Positions 1 through 11,305 of a DNA stretch of 64,000 nucleotides are shown here, in pieces. The stretch lies in the NCBI RefSeq assembly GCF_009914755.1, contig NC_060925.1, one strand, 5' to 3'. The position numbers and the translations under genes were made by a program. The number at the start of each line of letters is the position of its first letter. Within the stretch, counting starts at the first letter, position 1. The notes under the pieces were generated by a model. The model did no database searches. It was not told the DNA's origin and saw nothing but the letters and a program-made list of their open reading frames with translations. This stretch comes from the human T2T-CHM13v2.0 reference genome, Homo sapiens.

Positions 1-88
1 TCAATTGGTATTGAATGGAATTGTCATCAAATGGAATTCAAAGGAATCATCATCAAATGGAACCGAATGGAATCCTCATTGAATGGAA

Positions 89-1024
89 ATGAAAGGGGTC
101 ATCATCTAATGGAATCGCATGGAATCATCATCAAATGGAATCGAATGGAATCATCATCAAATGGAATCTAATGGAATCATTGAACAGAATTGAATGGAAT
201 CGTCATCGAATGAATTGAATGCAATCATCGAATGGTCTCGAATGGAATCATCTTCTAATGGAAAGGAATGGAATCATCGCATAGAATCGAATGGAATTAT
301 CATCGAATGGAATCGAATGGTATCAACACCAAACGGAAAAAAACGGAATTATCGAATGGAATCGAAGAGAATCTTCGAACGGACCCGAATGGAATCATCT
401 AATGGAATGGAATGGAATAATCCATGGACTCGAATGCAATCATCATCGAATGGAATCGAATGGAATCATCGAATGGACTCGAATGGAATAATCATTGAAC
501 GGAATCGATTGGAATCATCATCGGATGGAAACGAATGGAATCATCATCGAATGGAAATGAAAGGAGTCATCATCTAATGGAATTGCATGGAATCATCATA
601 AAATGGAATCGAATGGAATCAACATCAAATGGAATCAAATGGAATCATTGAACGGAATTGAATGGAATCGTCATCGAATGAATTGACTGCAATCATCCAA
701 TGGTCTCGAATGGAATCATCTTCAAATGGAATGGAATGGAATCATCGCATAGAATCGAATGGAATTATCATCGAATGGAATCGAATGGAATCAACATCCA
801 ACGGAAAAAAACGGAATTATCGAATGGAATCGAAGAGAATCATTGAATGGACCCGAATGGAATCATCTAATGGAATGGAATGGAATAATCCATGGACTCG
901 AATGCAATCATCATCGAATGGAATCGAATGGAATCATCGAATGGACTCGAATGGAATAATCATTGAACGGAATCGAATGGAATCATCATCGGATGGAAAT
1001 GAATGGAATCATCATCGAATGGAA
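89..1024 (+). repeat. 468-bp tandem sub-duplication within the unit (module A ~89-556, module B ~557-1024)
   Basis: Near-identical 127-aa ORFs at 194 and 662 (offset 468) in canonical units. Diagnostic A/B differences: TTGAATGC/TTGACTGC, TCTAATGGAAAGG/TCAAATGGAATGG, GGTATCAACACC/GGAATCAACATC, ATCTTCGAACGG/ATCATCGAATGG. Confidence 0.93.
169..179 (+). promoter_or_regulatory. TAATGGAATCA, match to the DUX4 consensus TAAYBBAATCA (first of two per canonical unit)
   Basis: Exact motif match seen in the sequence, recurring each unit. DUX4 activation of HSATII transcription is established, but binding at these copies is not shown. Confidence 0.45.
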
Positions 1025-1101
1025 TCGAATAGAATTATGGAATGAAATCCAGTGTGATCATCATCGAATGGACCCGAATGGAATCATCATCCAACGGAAG
1101 C

Positions 1102-1112
1102 TAATGGAATCA
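1102..1112 (+). promoter_or_regulatory. TAATGGAATCA, second DUX4-consensus match per unit (within GAAGCTAATGGAATCAAC)
   Basis: Motif match retained in the units inspected. Function is inferred only. Confidence 0.45.
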
Positions 1113-1814
1113 ACATCGAATGAATCAAATGGAAACACCATCGAATTGAAACGAATGGAATTATCATGAAATTGAAATGGATGGACTCATCATCGAATGG
1201 ATTCGAATGGAATCATCGAATAAAATTGATTGAAATCATCATCGAATGGAATCGAATGGTATCATTGAATGGAATCGAATGGAATCATCATCAGATGGAA
1301 ATGAATGGAATCGTCATAGAATGGAATCGAATGGATTCATTGAATGGAATCAGATGGAATCATCGAATGGACTGGAATGGAATCATTGAATGGACTCGAA
1401 AGGGATCATGATTGAATGGAATTGAATGGAATCATCGAATGGTCTCGATTGGAATCATTATCAAATGGAATCGAATGGAATCACCGAATAGAATCGAATG
1501 GAACAATCATCGAATGGACTCAAATGGAATTATCCTCAAATGGAATCGAATGGAATTATCGAATGCAATCGAATGGAATTATCGAATGCAATCGAATAGA
1601 ATCATCGAATGGACTCGAATGGAATCATCGAATGGAATGGAATGGAATGGAACAGTCAATGAACTCGAATGGAATCATCATTGAATGGAATCGAATGGAA
1701 TCATCGAGTAGAATCGAATGGAATTATGATCAAATGGAATCGAATGTAATCATCATCAAATGGAATCAAAAATAACCATCATCAATTGGTATTGAATGGA
1801 ATTGTCATCAAATG

Positions 1815-3590
1815 GAATTCAAAGGAATCATCATCAAATGGAACCGAATGGAATCCTCATTGAATGGAAATGAAAGGGGTCATCATCTAATGGAATCGCA
1901 TGGAATCATCATCAAATGGAATCGAATGGAATCATCATCAAATGGAATCTAATGGAATCATTGAACAGAATTGAATGGAATCGTCATCGAATGAATTGAA
2001 TGCAATCATCGAATGGTCTCGAATGGAATCATCTTCTAATGGAAAGGAATGGAATCATCGCATAGAATCGAATGGAATTATCATCGAATGGAATCGAATG
2101 GTATCAACACCAAACGGAAAAAAACGGAATTACCGAATGGAATCGAAGAGAATCTTCGAACGGACCCGAATGGAATCATCTAATGGAATGGAATGGAATA
2201 ATCCATGGACTCGAATGCAATCATCATCGAATGGAATCGAATGGAATCATCGAATGGACTCGAATGGAATAATCATTGAACGGAATCGAATGGAATCATC
2301 ATCGGATGGAAACGAATGGAATCATCATCGAATGGAAATGAAAGGAGTCATCATCTAATGGAATTGCATGGAATCATCATAAAATGGAATCGAATGGAAT
2401 CAACATCAAATGGAATCAAATGGAATCATTGAACGGAATTGAATGGAATCGTCATCGAATGAATTGACTGCAATCATCCAATGGTCTCGAATGGAATCAT
2501 CTTCAAATGGAATGGAATGGAATCATCGCATAGAATCGAATGGAATTATCGTCGAATGGAATCGAATGGAATCAACATCAAACGGAAAAAAACGGAATTA
2601 TCGAATGGAATCGAAGAGAATCATCGAATGGACCCGAATGGAATCATCTAATGGAATGGAATGGAATAATCCATGGACTCGAATGCAATCATCATCGAAT
2701 GGAATCGAATGGAATCATCGAATGGACTCGAATGGAATAATCATTGAACGGAATCGAATGGAATCATCATCGGATGGAAATGAATGGAATCATCATCGAA
2801 TGGAATCGAATAGAATTATGGAATGAAATCCAGTGTGATCATCATCGAATGGACCCGAATGGAATCATCATCCAACGGAAGCTAATGGAATCAACATCGA
2901 ATGAATCAAATGGAAACACCATCGAAATGAAACGAATGGAATTATCATGAAATTGAAATGGATGGACTCATCATCGAATGGATTCGAATGGAATCATCGA
3001 ATAAAATTGATTGAAATCATCATCGAATGGAATCGAATGGTATCATTGAATGGAATCGAATGGAATCATCATCAGATGGAAATGAATGGAATCGTCATAG
3101 AATGGAATCGAATGGATTCATTGAATGGAATCAGATGGAATCATCGAATGGACTGGAATGGAATCATTGAATGGACTCGAAAGGGATCATGATTGAATGG
3201 AATTGAATGGAATCATCGAATGGTCTCGATTGGAATCATTATCAAATGGAATCGAATGGAATCACCGAATAGAATCGAATGGAACAATCATCGAATGGAC
3301 TCAAATGGAATTATCCTCCAATGGAATCGAATGGAATTATCGAATGCAATCGAATGGAATTATCGAATGCAATCGAATAGAATCATCGAATGGACTCGAA
3401 TGGAATCATCGAATGGAATGGAATGGAACAGTCAATGAACTCGAATGGAATCATCATTGAATGGATTCGAATGGAATCATCGAGTGGAATCGAATGGAAT
3501 TATGATCAAATGGAATCGAATGTAATCATCATCAAATGGAATCAAAAATAACCATCATCAATTGGTATTGAATGGAATTGTCATCAAATG
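1815..3590 (+). repeat. Representative canonical 1776-bp unit (EcoRI to EcoRI)
   Basis: GAATTC at 1815 and 3591. Once-per-unit landmarks include GAAAGGGGTC, CCAGTGTGATC, CGGAAGCTAAT, GACTGGAAT, GAACAGTCAAT and CAAAAATAACC. Confidence 0.95.
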
Positions 3591-5366
3591 GAATTCAAAG
3601 GAATCAATATCAAATGGAACCGAATGGAATCCTCATTGAATGGAAATGAAAGGGGTCATCATCTAATGGAATCGCATGGAATCATCATCAAATGGAATCG
3701 AATGGAATCATCATCAAATGGAATCTAATGGAATCATTGAACAGAATTGAATGGAATCGTCATCGAATGAATTGAATGCAATCATCGAATGGTCTCGAAT
3801 GGAATCATCTTCTAATGGAAAGGAATGGAATCATCGCATAGAATCGAATGGAATTATCATCGAATGGAATCGAATGGTATCAACACCAAACGGAAAAAAA
3901 CGGAATTATCGAATGGAATCGAAGAGAATCTTCGAACGGACCCGAATGGAATCATCTAATGGAATGGAATGGAATAATCCATGGACTCGAATGCAATCAT
4001 CATCGAATGGAATCGAATGGAATCATCGAATGGACTTGAATGGAATAATCATTGAACGGAATCGATTGGAATCATCATCGGATGGAAACGAATGGAATCA
4101 TCATCGAATGGAAATGAAAGGAGTCATCATCTAATGGAATTGCATGGAATCATCATAAAATGGAATCGAATGGAATCAACATCAAATGGAATCAAATGGA
4201 ATCATTGAACGGAATTGAATGGAATCGTCATCGAATGAATTGACTGCAATCATCCAATGGTCTCGAATGGAATCATCTTCAAATGGAATGGAATGGAATC
4301 ATCGCATAGAATCGAATGGAATTATCATCGAATGGAATCGAATGGAATCAACATCCAACGGAAAAAAACGGAATTATCGAATGGAATCGAAGAGAATCAT
4401 CGAATGGACCCGAATGGAATCATCTAATGGAATGGAATGGAATAATCCATGGACTCGAATGCAATCATCATCGAATGGAATCGAATGGAATCATCGAATG
4501 GACTCGAATGGAATAATCATTGAACGGAATCGAATGGAATCATCATCGGATGGAAATGAATGGAATCATCATCGAATGGAATCGAATAGAATTATGGAAT
4601 GAAATCCAGTGTGATCATCATCGAATGGACCCGAATGGAATCATCATCCAACGGAAGCTAATGGAATCAACATCGAATGAATCAAATGGAAACACCATCG
4701 AATTGAAACGAATGGAATTATCATGAAATTGAAATGGATGGACTCATCATCGAATGGATTCGAATGGAATCATCGAATAAAATTGATTGAAATCATCATC
4801 CAATGGAATCGAATGGTATCATTGAATGGAATCGAATGGAATCATCATCAGATGGAAATGAATGGAATCGTCATAGAATGGAATCGAATGGATTCATTGA
4901 ATGGAATCAGATGGAATCATCGAATGGACTGGAATGGAATCATTGAATGGACTCGAAAGGGATCATGATTGAATGGAATTGAATGGAATCATCGAATGGT
5001 CTCGATTGGAATCATTATCAAATGGAATCGAATGGAATCACCGAATAGAATCGAATGGAACAATCATCGAATGGACTCAAATGGAATTATCCTCAAATGG
5101 AATCGAATGGAATTATCGAATGCAATCGAATGGAATTATCGAATACAATCGAATAGAATCATCGAATGGACTCGAATGGAATCATCGAATGGAATGGAAT
5201 GGAACAGTCAATGAACTCGAATGGAATCATCATTGAATGGAATCGAATGGAATCATCGAGTGGAATCGAATGGAATTATGATCAAATGGAATCGAATGTA
5301 ATCATCATCAAATGGAATCAAAAATAACCATCATCAATTGGTATTGAATGGAATTGTCATCAAATG

Positions 5367-7757
5367 GAATTCAAAGGAATCATCATCAAATGGAACCGAA
5401 TGGAATCCTCATTGAATGGAAATGAAAGGGGTCATCATCTAATGGAATCGCATGGAATCATCATCAAATGGAATCGAATGGAATCATCATCAAATGGAAT
5501 CTGATGGAATCATTGAACAGAATTGAATGGAATCGTCATCGAATGAATTGAATGCAATCATCGAATGGTCTCGAATGTAATCACATTCTAATGGAAAGGA
5601 ATGGAATCATCGCATAGAATCGAATGGAATTAACATTGAATGGACTCGAATGGAATCAACATCAAAAGGAATCAAGCGGAATTATCGAATGGAATCGAAG
5701 AAAATCATCGAATGGTCTCGAATGGAATCATCTTCTAATGGAAAGGAATGGAATCATCGCATAGAATCAAATGGAATTAACATTGAATGGACTCGAATGG
5801 AATCAACATCAAATGGAATCAAGCGGAATTATCGAATGAAATCGAAGAGAATCATCGAATGGACTCGAATGGAATCATCTAATGGAATGGAATGGAATAA
5901 TCCACGGACTCGAATGCAATCATCATCGTATAGAATCGAATGGAATCATCGAATGGACTCGAATGGAATAACCATTGAACGGAATCGAATGGAATCATCA
6001 TCGGATGGAAACGAATGGAATCATCATCGAATGGAAATGTAAGGAGTCATCATCTAATGGAATTGCATGGAATCATCATAAAATGGAATCGAATGGAATC
6101 ATCATCAAATGGAATCAAATGGAATCATTGAACGGAATTGAATGGAATCGTCATCGAATGAATTGAATGCAATCATCGAATGGTCTCGAATGGAATCATC
6201 TTCAAATGGAATGGAATGGAATCATCGCATAGAATCGAATGGAATTATCATCGAATGGAATCGAAAGGAATCAACATCAAACGGAAAAAAACGGAATTAT
6301 CGAATGGAATCGAAGAGAATCGTCGAACGGACCCGAATGGAATCATCTAATGGAATGGAATGGAATAATCCATGGACTCGAATGCAATCATCATCGAATG
6401 GAATCGAATGGAATCATCGAATGGACTCGAATGGAATAATCATTGAACGGAATCGAATGGAATCATCATCAGATGGAAACGAATGGAATCATCATCGAAT
6501 GGAAATGAAAGGAGTCATCATCTAATGGAATTGCATGGAATCATCATAAAATGGAATCGAATGGAATCAACATCAAATGGAATCAAATGGAATCATTGAA
6601 CGGAATTGAATGGAATCGTCATCGAATGAATTGACTGCAATCATCGAATGGTCTCGAATGGAATCATCTTCAAATGGAATGGAATGGAATCAACGCATAG
6701 AATCGAATGGAATTATCATCGAATGGAATCGAATGGAATCAACATCAAACGGAAAAAAACGGAATTATCGTATGGAATCGAAGAGAATCATCGAATGGAC
6801 CCGAATGGAATCATCTAATGGAATGGAATGGAATAATCCATGGACTCGAATGCAATCATCATCACATGGAATCGAATGGAATCATCGAATGGACTCGAAT
6901 GGAATAATCATTGAACGGAATCGAATGGAATCATCATCGGATGGAAATGAATGGAATCATCATCGAATGGAATCGAATAGAATTATGGAATGAAATCCAG
7001 TGTGATCATCATCGAATGGACCCGAATGGAATCATCATCCAACGGAAGCTAATGGAATCAACATCGAATGAATCGAATGGAAACACCATCGAATTGAACC
7101 GAATGGAATTATCATGAAATTGAAATGGATGGACTCATCATCGAATGGATTCGAATGGAATCATCGAATAAAATTGATTGAAATCATCATCGAATGGAAT
7201 CGAATGGTATCATTGAATGGAATCGAATGGAATCATCATCAGATGGAAATGAATGGAATCGTCATAGAATGGAATCGAATGGATTCATTGAATGGAATCA
7301 GATGGAATCATCGAATGGACTGGAATGGAATCATTGAATGGACTCGAAAGGGATCATGATTGAATGGAATTGAATGGAATCATCGAATGGTCTCGATTGG
7401 AATCATTATCAAATGGAATCGAATGGAATCACCGAATAGAATCGAATGGAACAATCATCGAATGGACTCAAATGGAATTATCCTCAAATGGAATCGAATG
7501 GAATTATCGAATGCAATCGAATGGAATTTTCGAATGCAATCGAATAGAATCATCGAATGGACTCGAATGGAATCATCGAATGGAATGGAATGGAACAGTC
7601 AATGAACACGAATGGAATCATCATTGAATGGAATCGAATGGAATCATCGAGTGGAATCGAATTGAATTATGATCAAATGGAATCGAATGTAATCATCATC
7701 AAATGGAATCAAAAATAACCATCATCAATTGCTATTGAATGGAATTGTCATCAAATG
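5367..7757 (+). repeat. 2391-bp variant unit with a divergent 615-bp module (~5527-6141) placed before modules A and B
   Basis: EcoRI sites at 5367 and 7758. Module-specific strings GTAATCACATTCT, GGAATTAACATTG, GGAATCAAGCGG, TCCACGGACT and TCGTATAGAATC. Confidence 0.92.
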
Positions 7758-9533
7758 GAATTCAAAGGAATCATCATCAAATGGAACCGAATGGAATCCT
7801 CATTGAATGGAAATGAAAGGGGTCATCATCTAATGGAATCGCATGGAATCATCATCAAATGGAATCAAATGGAATCATCATCAAATGGAATCTAATGGAA
7901 TCATTGAACAGAATTGAATGGAATCGTCATCAAATGAATTGAATGCAATCATCGAATGGTCTCGAATGGAATCATCTTCTAATGGAAAGGAATGGAATCA
8001 TCGCATAGAATCGAATGGAATTATCATCGAATGGAATCGAATGGTATCAACACCAAACGGAAAAAAACGGAATTATCGAATGGAATCGAAGAGAATCTTC
8101 GAACGGACCCGAATGGAATCATCTAATGGAATGGAATGGAATAATCCATGGACTCGAATGCAATCATCATCGAATGGAATCGAATGGAATCATCGAATGG
8201 ACTCGAATGGAATAATCATTGAACGGAATCGAATGGAATCATCATCGGATGGAAACGAATGGAATCATCATCGAATGGAAATGAAAGGAGTCATCATCTA
8301 ATGCAATTGCATGGAATCATCATCAAATGGAATCGAATGGAATCAACATCAAATGGAATCTAATGGAATCATTGAACAGAATTGAATGGAATCGTCATCG
8401 AATGAATTGACTGCAATCATCGAATGGTCTCGAATGGAATCATCTTCAAATGGAATGGAATGGAATCATCGCATAGAATCGAATGGAATTATCATCGAAT
8501 GGAATCGAATGGAATCAACATCAAACGGAAAAAAACAGAATTATCGAATGGAATCGAAGAGAATCATCGCATGGACCCGAATGGAATCATCTAATGGAAT
8601 GGAATGGAATAATCCATGGACTCGAATGCAATCATCATCGAATGGAATCGAATGGAATCATCGAGTGGACTCGAATGGAATAATCATTGAACGGAATCGA
8701 ATGGAATCATCATCGGATGGAAATGAATGGAATCATCATCGAATGGAATCGAATAGAATTATGGAATGAAATCCAGTGTGATCATCATCGAATGGACCCG
8801 AATGGAATCATCATCCAACGGAAGCTAATGGAATCAACATCGAATGAATCAAATGGAAACACCATCGAATTGAAACGAATGGAATTATCATGAAATTGAA
8901 ATGGATGGACTCATCATCGAATGGATTCGAATGGAATCATCGAATAAAATTGATTGAAATCATCATCGAATGGAATCGAATGGTATCATTGAATGGAATC
9001 GAATGGAATCATCATCAGATGGAAATGAATGGAATCGTCATAGAATGGAATCGAATGGATTCATTGAATGGAATCAGATGGAATCATCGAATGGACTGGA
9101 ATGGAATCATTGAATGGACTCGAAAGGGATCATGATTGAATGGAATTGAATGGAATCATCGAATGGTCTCGATTGGAATCATTATCAAATGGAATCGAAT
9201 GGAATCACCGAATAGAATCGAATGGAACAATCATCGAATGGACTCAAATGGAATTATCCTCAAATGGAATCGAATGGAATTATCGAATGCAATCGAATGG
9301 AATTATCGAATGCAATCGAATAGAATCATCGAATGGACTCGAATGGAATCATCGAATGGAATGGAATGGAACAGTCAATGAACTCGAATGGAATCATCAT
9401 TGAATGGAATCGAATGGAATCATCGAGTGGAATCGAATGGAATTATGATCAAATGGAATCGAATGTAATCATCATCAAATGGAATCAAAAATAACCATCA
9501 TCAATTGGTATTGAATGGAATTGTCATCAAATG

Positions 9534-11305
9534 GAATTCAAAGGAATCATCATCAAATGGAACCGAATGGAATCCTCATTGAATGGAAATGAAAGGGGTC
9601 ATCATCTAATGGAATCGCATGGAATCATCATCAAATGGAATCGAATGGAATCATCATCAAATGGAATCTAATGGAATCATTGAACAGAATTGAATGGAAT
9701 CGTCATCGAATGAATTGAATGCAATCATCGAATGGTCTCGAATGGAATCATCTTCTAATGGAAAGGAATGGAATCATCGCATAGAATCGAATGGAATTAT
9801 CATCGAATGGAATCGAATGGTATCAACACCAAACGGAAAAAAACGGAATTATCGAATGGAATCGAAGAGAATCTTCGAACGGACCCGAATGGAATCATCT
9901 AATGGAATGGAATGGAATAATCCATGGACTCGAATGCAATCATCATCGAATGGAATCGAATGGAATCATCGAATGGACTCGAATGGAATAATCATTGAAC
10001 GGAATCGAATGGAATCATCATCGGATGGAAACGAATGGAATCATCATCGAATGGAAATGAAAGGAGTCATCATCTAATGCAATTGCATGGAATCATCATC
10101 AAATGGAATCGAATGGAATCAACATCAAATGGAATCAAATGGAATCATTGAACGGAATTGAATGGAATCGTCATCGAATGAATTGACTGCAATCATCGAA
10201 TGGTCTCGGAATCATCTTCAAATGGAATGGAATGGAATCATCGCATAGAATCGAATGGAATTATCATCGAATGGAATCGAATGGAATCAACATCAAACGG
10301 AAAAAAACGGAATTATCGAATGGAATCGAAGAGAATCATCGAATGGACCCGAATGGAATCATCTAATGGAATGGAATGGAATAATCCATGGACTCGAATG
10401 CAATCATCATCGAATGGAATCGAATGGAATCATCGAATGGACTCGAATGGAATAATCATTGAACGGAATCGAATGGAATCATCATCGGATGGAAATGAAT
10501 GGAATCATCATCGAATGGAATCGAATAGAATTATGGAATGAAATCCAGTGTGATCATCATCGAATGGACCCGAATGGAATCATCATCCAACGGAAGCTAA
10601 TGGAATCAACATCGAATGAATCGAATGGAAACACCATCGAATTGAAACGAATGGAATTATCATGAAATTGAAATGGATGGACTCATCATCGAATGGATTC
10701 GAATGGAATCATCGAATAAAATTGATTGAAATCATCATCGAATGGAATCGAATGGTATCATTGAATGGAATCGAATGGAATCATCATCAGATGGAAATGA
10801 ATGGAATCGTCATAGAATGGAATCGAATGGATTCATTGAATGGAATCAGATGGAATCATCGAATGGACTGGAATGGAATCATTGAATGGACTCGAAAGGG
10901 ATCATGATTGAATGGAATTTAATGGAATCATCGAATGGTCTCGATTGGAATCATTATCAAATGGAATCGAATGGAATCACCGAATAGAATCGAATGGAAC
11001 AATCATCGAATGGACTCAAATGGAATTATCCTCCAATGGAATGGAATGGAATTATCGAATGCAATCGAATGGAATTATCGAATGCAATCGAATAGAATCA
11101 TCGAATGGACTCGAATGGAATCATCGAATGGAATGGAATGGAACAGTCAATGAACACGAATGGAATCATCATTGAATGGAATCGAATGGAATCATCGAGT
11201 GGAATCGAATGGAATTATGATCAAATGGAATCGAATGTAATCATCATCAAATGGAATCAAAAATAACCATCATCAATTGGTATTGAATGGAATTGTCATC
11301 AAATG
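9534..11305 (+). repeat. 1772-bp variant unit (4-bp deletion near 10208)
   Basis: TGGTCTCGGAATC replaces TGGTCTCGAATGGAATC. Spacing 9694 to 11466 is 1772. Confidence 0.9.

Larger units (their letters stand above)
34..1814 (+). repeat. 1781-bp variant unit (one extra pentamer near 1631-1652)
   Basis: Spacing 194 to 1975 is 1781. One additional GGAAT precedes GAACAGTC. Confidence 0.9.

Noticed and set aside
5566-5859. 147-bp duplication equals the nucleosome core DNA length
   Set aside because: The length is explained by the spacing of the flanking microhomologies, and nucleosome repeat lengths include linker DNA. Nothing in the sequence supports more than coincidence.
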